From an uncultured Candidatus Saccharibacteria bacterium (lineage in GTDB: Bacteria > Patescibacteriota > Minisyncoccia > Phycocordibacterales > UBA9988): a stretch of DNA of 33,415 bases. Under the pieces are notes generated by a model. The model was not told the DNA's origin and did not search any database. It was given only the letters and a program-made list of their open reading frames with translations. Made by a program: the position numbers and the translations under genes. The stretch lies in the NCBI GenBank assembly GCA_964574105.1, contig CAZNKH010000004.1, positions 1 to 33,415 of the forward strand. Reading direction: 5' to 3'. The first letter of the stretch is position 1, and every line of letters starts with the position of its first letter. Below are positions 8,154 to 16,755 of the stretch, piece by piece.

Positions 8154-8633
8154 TTATTTTCGCGAAGTCCAGGCAAAGTGTGCAAAGGCACGGTTGGCCT
8201 CCGCCATCTTGTGAACATTTTCCCGCTTCTTTACTGCCTCACCCTGATTCTGTGATGCGGCAAGTACCTCATCGTATAATTTTTTTGCCATCGGTGCACC
8301 CTTCTTAGATCGTGCTGCGCCAATCATCCAGCGCAAGGCAAGCGAGGTGCGACGCTCGGGACGGACCTCGTGCGGTACCTGATAGTTAGCACCACCAACG
8401 CGACGAGAGCGGACCTCCACAGTTGGGCCGGCATTCCTGATAGCAGTCTCAAAAACTTCCAAAGGATCTTGTTTGGTCTCTGTGGCAAGTTTATCCATAA
8501 CACCGTACACAATCTTCTCCGCAACATTTTTCTTACCACGCTCCATGACATAGTTAACAAACTGTGAGACACGCGGGGACTTGAAGCGATAATCCGGTGC
8601 CGGTTTATTCCGATTTTTTACACTTCTTCTCAT
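8154..8633 (-). CDS. rpsG: 30S ribosomal protein S7 (uS7)
   Basis: 159-aa ORF with uS7 blocks (VEVRSRRVGGANYQVP, ENVHKMAEANRAFAHF). It lies between rpsL and fusA. Confidence 0.95.
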   Translation of the reverse strand: MRRSVKNRNKPAPDYRFKSPRVSQFVNYVMERGKKNVAEKIVYGVMDKLATETKQDPLEVFETAIRNAGPTVEVRSRRVGGANYQVPHEVRPERRTSLALRWMIGAARSKKGAPMAKKLYDEVLAASQNQGEAVKKRENVHKMAEANRAFAHFAWTSRK

Positions 8634-8635
8634 AA

Positions 8636-9058
8636 TTATTTTGCTGCCTTTACATTCTTCTTTGCACCATAGAGTGAGCGGGCTTGGCGACGCTTTTCAA
8701 CACCTCCGGCATCCAATACACCACGAACAATGTGATAACGGACACCAGGAAGGTCCTTTACACGGCCACCACGAATGAGCACCACCGAGTGCTCTTGTAA
8801 ATTGTGCCCTTCGCCCGGGATGTAGGCGGTTACCTCCATGCCATTAGTGAGACGCACGCGAGCAATTTTACGAAGAGCAGAGTTAGGCTTTTTAGGGGTC
8901 GTTGTTTTGACTTGGAGGCAGACACCTCGTTTAAACGGAGATGGATAAAAGACCGGCTTATTCTTAAGTGTATTAAAGCCGCGCGCGAGTCCAACTGTGC
9001 GCGAGCGTTTTACTTGCTTTTTTCTGCCATTTCTGACCAGCTGATTAATTGTCGGCAT
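8636..9058 (-). CDS. rpsL: 30S ribosomal protein S12 (uS12)
   Basis: 140-aa ORF with [19 protein letters not shown] and [13 protein letters not shown]. It is the first gene of the str cluster. Confidence 0.95.
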   Translation of the reverse strand: MPTINQLVRNGRKKQVKRSRTVGLARGFNTLKNKPVFYPSPFKRGVCLQVKTTTPKKPNSALRKIARVRLTNGMEVTAYIPGEGHNLQEHSVVLIRGGRVKDLPGVRYHIVRGVLDAGGVEKRRQARSLYGAKKNVKAAK

Positions 9059-9067
9059 ACGAGCGTT

Positions 9068-9096
9068 ACTGTACTATACGCATTCAAAATGTGCAA
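9068..9096 (-). promoter_or_regulatory. Candidate rpsL promoter (TTGCAC-17-TACAGT) leaving a leader of about 3 nt
   Basis: On the minus strand, TTGCAC lies at 9096-9091 and TACAGT at 9073-9068, with the rpsL ATG at 9058. An overlapping alternative -10, TATAGT, lies at 9078-9073. Confidence 0.3.
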
Positions 9097-9105
9097 GAAA
9101 ATCCC

Positions 9106-9717
9106 TCACACTCCCAAGAGGAATGTTGCGAGAGAGAGAACAACGGTGGCGAGATATGGCCAGAGAATGAGTGACGCTATGAGAAAGATGAACCAGTATT
9201 GCTCTAGTGCCTCCTCAACAAAGTGATAGCGGTAAGGCATGAGAGAGAAAAGTACCTTAGACCCATCTAACGGTGGCACTGGCATCATATTAAAACAGGC
9301 CAAGACGATGTTAATGACTACAATGGAGGCCGCCCCTTGGAGAAAGGCGGAAGAAAAAGTAAATCCAAATTCCGGTAATGTTCGTACGGCAAAGGCCATC
9401 AAGAGAGCAAGAGCCGCATTAGAGAGCGGACCTGCAAGAGCAACGATGGCGGGGCCAAAGCGTTTGGCGCGCAAATTGTACGGATTATAAGGTACCGGCT
9501 TTGCCCACCCAATCATTAATCCCCCCGGCATAAGCGCGAGTACAAGCGGGACGAGGATTGATCCAATAGGATCTAGGTGCGAGAAAGGGTTAAGAGTAAG
9601 ACGACCCGCATAACGGGCAGTATCATCTCCGAGAGCGCTCGCGGCATAGCCGTGAGACACCTCGTGGATTACGACCGAGAAAACAAGAATGACAATAAGA
9701 AAAATGGTTTCTGCCAT
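9106..9717 (-). CDS. Site-2 protease family (peptidase M50) integral membrane metalloprotease
   Basis: HEVSHG (HExxH) lies in the first TM helix, and NMMPVPPLDG (NxxPxxxLDG) lies further on. The track ORF runs to 9900, but that part is antisense to rpmB. The ATG at 9717 (MAETIFLIV) is the likely start. Confidence 0.8.
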   Translation of the reverse strand: MAETIFLIVILVFSVVIHEVSHGYAASALGDDTARYAGRLTLNPFSHLDPIGSILVPLVLALMPGGLMIGWAKPVPYNPYNLRAKRFGPAIVALAGPLSNAALALLMAFAVRTLPEFGFTFSSAFLQGAASIVVINIVLACFNMMPVPPLDGSKVLFSLMPYRYHFVEEALEQYWFIFLIASLILWPYLATVVLSLATFLLGV

Positions 9718-9773
9718 AGTGTTGCAAATTGGCTTGAGTATGATACCATAACGAGGCTCATTCGTGAACATAT

Positions 9774-9986
9774 ATGAAAATCTGCCCACTATGTAAGAGG
9801 GGGGGCCAGATAGCGGGAGGGTACTCCAACCGCGTCCGCGCAACCAAATACAACCCAACCGGCAAGCGCCGTGTTTTAGTGAACCTTCAGTGGGCATCAC
9901 TCCCGACTGGAGGCCGTGTTAAAATATGTACCCGTTGCCTCAAGGCAAAGAAACACCTAGGTGCTTCCCGTCGCTTAACAGTGTAA
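9774..9986 (+). CDS. rpmB: 50S ribosomal protein L28 (bL28), zinc-ribbon (CxxC...CxxC) form
   Basis: 70-aa basic ORF MKICPLCKRGG...NRVRATKYNPTGKRRVLVNLQW...KICTRCLKAKKH. The layout CxxC..G..N...ATK..KR..NLQ...CTRC fits bL28 as I recall it. Not verified by search. Confidence 0.65.
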   Translation: MKICPLCKRGGQIAGGYSNRVRATKYNPTGKRRVLVNLQWASLPTGGRVKICTRCLKAKKHLGASRRLTV

Positions 9987-10797
9987 TCCTCCCATCCACA
10001 TCCGTGCGCAAAACACGGATGTTTTGTCTTTGGAGAGTATCAAGCACCTCTTGGTGTGGATGACCGTAGCGATTCCTCTTTCCTGCTGAGATGATGGCAA
10101 ACTCTGGATGAACTAAAGAAAGAAATTCGGGGAGTGAGGATGTCCGCGAACCGTGATGACCTAATTTCAGTACAGTACTCTTAAGAGACGAGCCATTCTG
10201 TGCCATCAGTATCCGCTCCACATCGATGGGAGCATCACCAGTTAGAAGTACAGTCGTCATCCCGTACGCAAGTCTCCCTGCCACACTCGCCTCGTTTGAT
10301 TCTGCCCTCGTCACCTCTTTGTCGGGATAGAGTACGGTAAACACGACGCCACGACCGAGATGAATGCGCATCCCGCGACGCGCGACGAGGTTGAGAGATT
10401 TCTCCTCTGTCACCGCCCGAGAGAGCGCCTCGGTTACTGCGGTTTGATGTGCATTCCCAGACTCCACAAATGCACCAACCGTGTACGACTCAAATACAGG
10501 AATGAGACCTCCAATGTGATCAGCATCAGGATGCGTTGAAAGCACTACATCAATACTCCTGTCGTAGAGAGGCATTACCGCACCAAGCTCGCGTAAGGCC
10601 TCTCTTCCTCTCCCCCCGTCAATCAGCATCTGATTCCCATTTGGTGCCTCTATGTAAATAGCATCTCCTTGTCCTACATTCAAAAAGATAACGGTGAGCC
10701 CTTTCCGTGACTCTCTCCATACGGCGTACCACACGAGTCCCGAAAGGAGCGTGAGTACAAGTAGAATTCCAATTTTTAGCCATTCTTTCCGTTCCAT
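9940..10797 (-). CDS. comEC: ComEC/Rec2 C-terminal metallo-beta-lactamase domain protein (membrane anchored)
   Basis: A TM helix is followed by LNVGQGDA, STHPDADHIGG, LLTGD and KLGHHGS, the MBL motifs of ComEC C-termini. I prefer the ATG at 10797 (MERKEWLK). A GTG at 10935 is a possible longer start. Confidence 0.8.
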   Translation of the reverse strand: MERKEWLKIGILLVLTLLSGLVWYAVWRESRKGLTVIFLNVGQGDAIYIEAPNGNQMLIDGGRGREALRELGAVMPLYDRSIDVVLSTHPDADHIGGLIPVFESYTVGAFVESGNAHQTAVTEALSRAVTEEKSLNLVARRGMRIHLGRGVVFTVLYPDKEVTRAESNEASVAGRLAYGMTTVLLTGDAPIDVERILMAQNGSSLKSTVLKLGHHGSRTSSLPEFLSLVHPEFAIISAGKRNRYGHPHQEVLDTLQRQNIRVLRTDVDGRITLLSDGKHLGVSLP

Positions 10798-11020
10798 TTC
10801 TTTTATGAGTAGATTATCATGTGAAGTATCTTGGCCAAACAGAAAGACGGCAAAGATATATGCCTCTACTGGTCCGGAAGCTAATCCGGGAAGCTGGGGA
10901 ACTTCATTAACATCTTTGGCATTTCTTCCCCACACAAGTACCCCATCAATGATGGCGGCAAGAGTGGAAACGGTGGAGACAAAGGTGGATCAAAATCAAA
11001 TCCAGTTGATCGATAATGGT

Positions 11021-12418
11021 TCATTCGTCAGTATGCCCCAACTGCGCAAGCGTGTCGGGGCTTTTTTCTTGCCTCGCCATAGTTTGACGGCGACGGGCCC
11101 AATATGCCCCAAGCACTCCATAGATAAAAGCAATTACTACTCCACTCCACGCAGGTACAGCAATGGAGGCGAAAGGTAGTGAGGAAAATAGTTGAGTAAT
11201 TACAATAAGTACACGCAAGAGAAGTGTAAGCGGGAAGGCCGCGAGTAATACAAGTGGCCCGGGAATAAATGCAAGTACTCCCGTTATCGCACCCAAGAGC
11301 ATGGCGAGTGGTACAAATGGAAGTACGAGCGGATTGACAACAAGCGCAATGATACTGACTGCACCAATTTGGAATGCGAGGTACGGAAGCACGGCACAGT
11401 ACGCGGCGAGGCTCGCCGCAATAATTTCTTTCAAAAGATTCCACCGTATAAACATAAGCCTTTTCAAAATTGGATCAGTAAGCACAATAATGCCGAGTGT
11501 TGCGCACACCGAAAGGATAAATCCAGGATCATATAAGAGGATGAGCGGATTCCAGAGCCCCATCGCAAGCGCAGTAAGCGCAAGTGCGCGCAAGGCAACA
11601 TAGGGTCGCCCCGTCGCTCGCGCAATGAGAGCAATCACCGCCATACATCCTGCACGCACGGCAGAAGCGTCAGCGCCCGCCATAATAATAAAAAGAATGA
11701 TGGTAATCCCACTCCCCCACATCCGAGCGAAGAATGGCACACCTGAAAGCACACGGCGTACCAGCTCGGCGGCAATCGTGATGTTGTACCCAGAGAGTAC
11801 AACTATGTGCACAATACCTGCGCGAGTAAATGTAGTAGTGAGGCCGGTTCCCAAACCCGATTTACCGCCCAAGAGCATGCCAAGTACCAGTGAGCTCTCT
11901 GGCTCTGGCATTACAGATCGCACATGAGACTCAATTGTTGCACGAGACTGAAAGAGTATCCCCTTCAGAGAAAGTGGAGCTTTATGAATACGCTTCGCCT
12001 CAGCAAAAGAAACTTGCCGAAGTATCCCCTCTCGTCGCAAGTATGATGAGTAATCAAAAATCCTCCCAGAATCGGTATTGAAATCTGTCGGTACGCTTAT
12101 AATTCCGGATACACTCACCACATCACCGTACAAGAATTGAGTTCCAACAGGAAGTGAGACGAGTACGCGTTCACGCTCTTTTTCTGTTTGTAGCACCACT
12201 CGGACAGAAGTATCACGAATGTCTGGATACTCCACTACTCTTCCCACCAATGTCACCCGCCCAAATGACGGAAAAACACTCTCTTTCCCCTGTATATGTG
12301 TAAGACGAATACTACCAACACCAAACAAGAGAATACAGAGCGCAACCGAAAGTACTGCACGATCGTGCATCTTCCACCCATATATTAGAAGTGAAGCCCC
12401 TATAACGAGTGTGAACAT
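11021..12418 (-). CDS. comEC: ComEC/Rec2 N-terminal part (DUF4131-like plus polytopic competence channel domain)
   Basis: 465-aa polytopic ORF. It has an N-terminal OB-like region and then a competence-domain-like block (LLGGKSGL...TFTRAGIVHIVVLSGYNI). It ends 85 nt before the MBL ORF and in a different frame. Confidence 0.8.
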   Translation of the reverse strand: MFTLVIGASLLIYGWKMHDRAVLSVALCILLFGVGSIRLTHIQGKESVFPSFGRVTLVGRVVEYPDIRDTSVRVVLQTEKERERVLVSLPVGTQFLYGDVVSVSGIISVPTDFNTDSGRIFDYSSYLRREGILRQVSFAEAKRIHKAPLSLKGILFQSRATIESHVRSVMPEPESSLVLGMLLGGKSGLGTGLTTTFTRAGIVHIVVLSGYNITIAAELVRRVLSGVPFFARMWGSGITIILFIIMAGADASAVRAGCMAVIALIARATGRPYVALRALALTALAMGLWNPLILLYDPGFILSVCATLGIIVLTDPILKRLMFIRWNLLKEIIAASLAAYCAVLPYLAFQIGAVSIIALVVNPLVLPFVPLAMLLGAITGVLAFIPGPLVLLAAFPLTLLLRVLIVITQLFSSLPFASIAVPAWSGVVIAFIYGVLGAYWARRRQTMARQEKSPDTLAQLGHTDE

Positions 12419-12456
12419 CTATACAGTGTACATCCATCTTGCTACACTCCTCCTTA

Positions 12457-12948
12457 ATGACGCTTACAACACACATTGCCATTGCCGGCGCACTTGGGGC
12501 GCCGCTTATTAATTCCAATCCCGCGGCACTCTTTATCTTTGCAATGGGGACTCACTACTTCGCAGACAGCATTCCACACTACGATTACAAGCTCCGCTAC
12601 GCGTTTAATGAGAACAAGAATACTCATCCATTCAACACGATGGACTTTTTCATCCACGATTGCGGACGAGTGGGTTTTGATATGACGCTTGGTACTGGGC
12701 TTGCCATCATAGCACTTGGTATAGAAAATTTTTTAGCACATCCACTTCCATTTTTTCTACTCGGCCTCGGCTCCATACTTCCCGATCTCCTCTCTGCACT
12801 GCATGCGGGAATACCAACAAAGCTACTCCGGTGGAACCAGTCACTGCAAGATTTTACGCATGCAAAGAAGCTCTCGTGGAGTGCTATAGGAGTGCTCTCA
12901 CAGGCGCTCATTCTTGCAGGAGCACTTGTCTTCATTCACTTTTTTTAG
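12457..12948 (+). CDS. Small polytopic membrane protein, possibly a DUF457/YdjM-like metal-dependent hydrolase
   Basis: 163 aa from the ATG at 12457 (MTLTTHIAIAG...); the track start at 12439 is TTG. Several TM helices carry His/Asp-containing motifs (HYFADSIPH, LPDLL). The family assignment is weak. Confidence 0.55.
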   Translation: MTLTTHIAIAGALGAPLINSNPAALFIFAMGTHYFADSIPHYDYKLRYAFNENKNTHPFNTMDFFIHDCGRVGFDMTLGTGLAIIALGIENFLAHPLPFFLLGLGSILPDLLSALHAGIPTKLLRWNQSLQDFTHAKKLSWSAIGVLSQALILAGALVFIHFF

Positions 12949-12971
12949 ATTAAGATAGAAATATAAGGTGA

Positions 12972-13035
12972 AGTATTTATTTTTAAGTCTTGTCGGAGCC
13001 CGCGATAGCGGGTAAAAGGTAAAAAAATAAATACT
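12972..13035. terminator. Long A/T-rich hairpin (13-bp outer stem, inner CCCGC-GATA-GCGGG) between convergent genes
   Basis: AGTATTTATTTTT (12972-12984) pairs with AAAAATAAATACT (13023-13035). The right arm overlaps the rnhA stop codon. Confidence 0.5.
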
Positions 13036-13459
13036 ACGAGCCGTTGTTCATCGCCTCATTCGCAAGTTTGTCAGCAATTACATTTTCTTCTCGTGGAATG
13101 GTTTTAATGGTGAGTAGCGGTATCTGGATACGCAAGCGCTGTACTTCTTCATAGAGTGCGCGGAGTCGTGGTTCCTTCACACGATACTCTCCCATTAATT
13201 GCCTCCCTACCAGCTCACTATCCAAGCGCAGTTCAACCTGCCGTGTTAAAAGTTCGGTGCCAAAGCGTTCAATCAATTTTGAAAAGCCGAGAATCACTGC
13301 CTGATACTCTGCTTCATTATTAGTCGCGATACCAAGCGACTTGGAGACATTTTCTATTGTCTTCCCGTCTCCCGTATAAATATGAACGCCAATACCGGCA
13401 ATGCCGGGATTACCGCGAGCGCCGCCATCAGTATTGAGGTAGAGAGTGTTGGTAGACAT
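13034..13459 (-). CDS. rnhA: Ribonuclease HI family protein
   Basis: 141-aa ORF with the DEDD pattern of type 1 RNase H (TDGGARGNPG, NNEAEY, DSELV, ADKLAN). Confidence 0.85.
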   Translation of the reverse strand: MSTNTLYLNTDGGARGNPGIAGIGVHIYTGDGKTIENVSKSLGIATNNEAEYQAVILGFSKLIERFGTELLTRQVELRLDSELVGRQLMGEYRVKEPRLRALYEEVQRLRIQIPLLTIKTIPREENVIADKLANEAMNNGS

Positions 13460-13469
13460 CGCTTCAATA

Positions 13470-15149
13470 CTACGCTACACGAGACACATCTACAATCCGA
13501 AGTCGTAACTGCGGTCGTGAGCGAAACATTGATCGTTCCAGATGAGCAGTCACATCAACCCAATCACACTCCTTAAGAGTATGTGCGTGCGGAACTGTTC
13601 GCTTTGCAAAAAATCCTACAGCAGATACTGGTCGTTCATCTCCTAAAGCAGAGTCTTTCACCATAAGCTCAAGGTGCGCATTGCCCTGCCCAAAGGCTCT
13701 CACCGCTGCGACTTCTACTCCTTCAAAGAGAAAGATGGGTTTTTCGTTCCCCATTCCAAAAGGAGCAAGGCGTGTCAGTGTGCGATATATGTCTTGAGTT
13801 ACATCTGAAAGCGAGAGTCGGTAGTCAATCTCTACATTCGGACTATGTGGTGTCTCTATACAAAGTGTAGAATATGCATCATTGAGACATTGCGCGAGCT
13901 CATTCTCCTTACCTTTTTGCACAATAAATCCGCCTGCCTCCTTATGTCCGCCAAAGTTTACAAATAAATCTTCTCCGCCCGCCGCACGCATGAGTTCAAC
14001 CATATTGACAGCCCCATCTGAACGACAGGAACCCTTACATAAGCCCTCCTCATTCACTCCCCATACGAAGGACGGTCGACGGTAGGTCTCCACTAATCGA
14101 CTTGCCGCAAGCCCCAATACCCCAAGACTCCACAAGGAGTGACCAATGACAATCACTGGGGGGAGGTCTCTCTCATCAAGGAGCGCATGCGCATGATCCA
14201 TAATTGTTTCAGTAATCTCTTTGCGTTCACGATTCTGCGCTTCTAACTCATGCGCGAGTGCCTGTGCCTCTGGTAGTTGTTCCGCCATAAGAAGATTAAA
14301 TGCATGGAGAGCGTGGCTCATGCGACTCGCTGAATTAATGCGCGGACCAATCAAGTAGCCAATATCATCTTCGGTAATGTGCGCAGGATCAAGGCGTAGT
14401 TCTGCAAGAAGGGCAATGAGCCCCGGTCGCCTCGTTTGGCGCAGGACGAGGATGCCAAAGTGAGTTAACGCACGATTCTCTCCAGAGAGCGAGACCATAT
14501 CAGACACGGTCGCTATTGCAACTAAATCTAAGAGCCATTTTTCCCAATTTACACCGCCAACATTTGGGTTCTGCGGATCTCTGATCAGAGCCTGTACAAG
14601 CTTAAACGCGACCCCGGCTCCAGAGAGTTCTTTAAAAGGGTACTCTTCTCCGATACACTTTGGATTGAGAATTGTGTATGCATCAGGAAGTAATTCTGGT
14701 GGGATGTGATGGTCGGTGATAATGGTATCCATTCCCCGCGCTCTCGCGCGCTTCACGGGAATAACGCTCGTAATACCACAATCAACCGTAATGAGTAATG
14801 TAACGCCTTCATTGGCAAGCTCGTCAATCGCGCGATCACTTAAGCCGTAATCCTCAGTATGACGATTAGGAATGTAAATACGCACAGGATATTTGATAGC
14901 CCGGAACCATGACGCAAGGACTGCCGTGCCGGGCACTCCATCGGCATCGTAATCACCGAAGATAGCAATTTTCTCATTCTGTGCAACAGCAACGAGAATG
15001 CGCTCAACAGAGCGACGCATCTGTGAGAAGAGAAATGGATCGAATACATCACGCTCATATGATGGGTGCAAGAAACGCTCTCGCTCATGAGCCCCAATCC
15101 CGCGACGGGTGAGCAGAGTCTCTAAGAGAAGCTCGGGAGACACTTTCAT
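13470..15149 (-). CDS. recJ: Single-stranded-DNA-specific exonuclease RecJ (DHH/DHHA1)
   Basis: DHH-family motifs are present: GDYDADGV, ITVDCGI, IITDHH and GGHKEAGG. The track start at 15251 overlaps the HIT gene. The ATG at 15149 (MKVSPELLLE) is the likely start. Confidence 0.9.
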   Translation of the reverse strand: MKVSPELLLETLLTRRGIGAHERERFLHPSYERDVFDPFLFSQMRRSVERILVAVAQNEKIAIFGDYDADGVPGTAVLASWFRAIKYPVRIYIPNRHTEDYGLSDRAIDELANEGVTLLITVDCGITSVIPVKRARARGMDTIITDHHIPPELLPDAYTILNPKCIGEEYPFKELSGAGVAFKLVQALIRDPQNPNVGGVNWEKWLLDLVAIATVSDMVSLSGENRALTHFGILVLRQTRRPGLIALLAELRLDPAHITEDDIGYLIGPRINSASRMSHALHAFNLLMAEQLPEAQALAHELEAQNRERKEITETIMDHAHALLDERDLPPVIVIGHSLWSLGVLGLAASRLVETYRRPSFVWGVNEEGLCKGSCRSDGAVNMVELMRAAGGEDLFVNFGGHKEAGGFIVQKGKENELAQCLNDAYSTLCIETPHSPNVEIDYRLSLSDVTQDIYRTLTRLAPFGMGNEKPIFLFEGVEVAAVRAFGQGNAHLELMVKDSALGDERPVSAVGFFAKRTVPHAHTLKECDWVDVTAHLERSMFRSRPQLRLRIVDVSRVA

Positions 15150-15173
15150 AACGACAGCATTGTAGCATATACT
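15145..15173 (+). promoter_or_regulatory. Candidate promoter TTCATA-17-TATACT ending 6 nt before the HIT ATG (leaderless geometry)
   Basis: TTCATA lies at 15145-15150 and TATACT at 15168-15173, with the ATG at 15180. Confidence 0.4.
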
Positions 15174-15179
15174 GGAGGG

Positions 15180-15593
15180 ATGGAAGATTGTATATTTTGT
15201 AAGATTATCGCAGGGTCTATCTTCACAGAGAAGATCTATGAGGACGAGCATTTTGTTGCTTTTTTAGACAATACACCGCTTCATGTCGGGCACACACTCC
15301 TCGTCCCTAAAAAGCATTGCCGAAATCTCTTTGACATGACGGAAGAGCTCCTTCAAAGAGCATGTCCTGTGCTACAGAAGCTGGCGCGCGCAATACAGAC
15401 AGGGACGCAAGCTGATGGTATCAATATCGGTTGGAACAACGAACAAGCAGCGGGGCAAGTTGTGTTCCACGCGCACATCCACATTATGCCGCGCTACCGT
15501 AACGATGGACACATACACTGGAAAGGAAAAGAGGGTGTCACGAATGCTGAACTTGCCGATGTTGCGGTAAAAATAAAAACTGCCATCAGATAA
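15180..15593 (+). CDS. HIT (histidine triad) family nucleotide hydrolase
   Basis: 137-aa ORF with N-terminal CIFCKI and the HAHIHIMPR histidine triad (HxHxHxx). Confidence 0.9.
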   Translation: MEDCIFCKIIAGSIFTEKIYEDEHFVAFLDNTPLHVGHTLLVPKKHCRNLFDMTEELLQRACPVLQKLARAIQTGTQADGINIGWNNEQAAGQVVFHAHIHIMPRYRNDGHIHWKGKEGVTNAELADVAVKIKTAIR

Positions 15594-15603
15594 AACTGAC
15601 GAC

Positions 15604-15646
15604 GGCACTACATTGACTGAAGTTAGACTTCAGTCAATGTAGTGCC
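15604..15646. terminator. 43-nt perfect palindrome (20-bp stem, 3-nt loop) between convergent HIT and pgk; copy 2 of the repeated palindrome
   Basis: The sequence is GGCACTACATTGACTGAAGT-TAG-ACTTCAGTCAATGTAGTGCC. The right arm contains the last pgk codons and its TGA stop (15634-15636). Confidence 0.7.
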
Positions 15647-16755
15647 TCAATACCCGGAAGAGTGCCGTTGGCAAGAAAGTCCAGCATTGCACCGCCCGCG
15701 GTAGAAAGGAAAGTGAACTTACTAGAGAGATTTGTTTTTTGTATTGCCGCGACAGTATCCCCTCCACCCACAATTGAATGTGCCTTTGACTTCGCAACAG
15801 CACGAGCTATTGCGAGTGTACCCTCTCCATATCCTTCCTCATAATTACCAGCAGGGCCATTCCATAAAATCATTTTTGTTCCTTTTAATACTTTTCTAAG
15901 CTCTTCAAGTCCCTGCGGACCACTGTCAACAATGAAATCATTCTTTTCAAGCATATCCACTCGCTTCACTTCAACCGCGGAGCCGTTTGAGACTAAAGCG
16001 TCAGGAGAGAGAATAATGCGTCCACTTCGCACTTCTTTAAGGTACGCTTTTGCAGATACTTTTGTATCAATACGCGATTTCCCCAGCTCAAATCCTTGCG
16101 CACGATAAAATGCGTGCGCAATTGCTCCCACAACAACGATGTAATCAGCACTTCTTACGAAACGCTTGAGTATCGGTACCTTCGTCTCAAATTTTGCACC
16201 GCCTAAAATGAGCACAAAAGGCTTATGCGGAGTAAAAGCTTTTTTCAGATTTCGATACTCTTCCATAAAGAGTGGTCCGGCATAATGTGGAAGAAGCTTA
16301 GGAAGTGTATAGATGCTTGCGTGTTTTCTATGGGAAACAGCAAAGGCATCATTTACATACAGAGTGCCGAGCTCTGCAAGTATTTTTGCAAAAGCAGTAC
16401 TCCCTTCTTCTTCGCCAGCATCCCTGCGAAGATTCTCTAAGAGAACAGTTCCACCGTCGGTAAGCTCATGTAAAGTACGCTTCACTTCCTTCATTGGTGC
16501 AGGATTAAAGCCAACATCAGTAACACGATTCAGTTCTCGGGCAACGGGGAGAAGGGAATCCCCCTTTCTCCCTAGATGCGAAAGAATGATAGTCTTTGCA
16601 CCCATCTTTTTTAAAAATGCAATTGTAGGAAGCGCGCGGTCAATACGAAATCGGTCAAGAACTTTTCCATCTTCAATTGGTACATTCAAATCAAGACGCA
16701 GCAATACCTGTGCCCCACGAAGTTTTTTTGGTGAGAGATTAACGAGTTCTTTCAT
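15634..16755 (-). CDS. pgk: Phosphoglycerate kinase
   Basis: 373-aa ORF with RLDLNVP, SHLGR, the GGAKFETKV-type nucleotide-binding block and the C-terminal STAGGAMLDFL motif. Confidence 0.95.
   Translation of the reverse strand: MKELVNLSPKKLRGAQVLLRLDLNVPIEDGKVLDRFRIDRALPTIAFLKKMGAKTIILSHLGRKGDSLLPVARELNRVTDVGFNPAPMKEVKRTLHELTDGGTVLLENLRRDAGEEEGSTAFAKILAELGTLYVNDAFAVSHRKHASIYTLPKLLPHYAGPLFMEEYRNLKKAFTPHKPFVLILGGAKFETKVPILKRFVRSADYIVVVGAIAHAFYRAQGFELGKSRIDTKVSAKAYLKEVRSGRIILSPDALVSNGSAVEVKRVDMLEKNDFIVDSGPQGLEELRKVLKGTKMILWNGPAGNYEEGYGEGTLAIARAVAKSKAHSIVGGGDTVAAIQKTNLSSKFTFLSTAGGAMLDFLANGTLPGIEALH

Noticed and set aside
9718-9900. N-terminal extensions of track ORFs (M50 to 9900, recJ to 15251, pilC to 22726, tpiA to 17581, rplD to 3190, clpP from 31675)
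   Set aside because: The extensions overlap neighbouring genes or divergent genes and lack conservation-like sequence. Internal ATGs give canonical N-termini and tidy spacing.
15634-15636. Alternative genetic code (UGA as Gly, as in some CPR lineages)
   Set aside because: TGA ends pgk at its expected C-terminus and ends the 608-aa pilin gene in an ATGA overlap with the next start. All conserved genes are open under the standard code. Code 11 fits.
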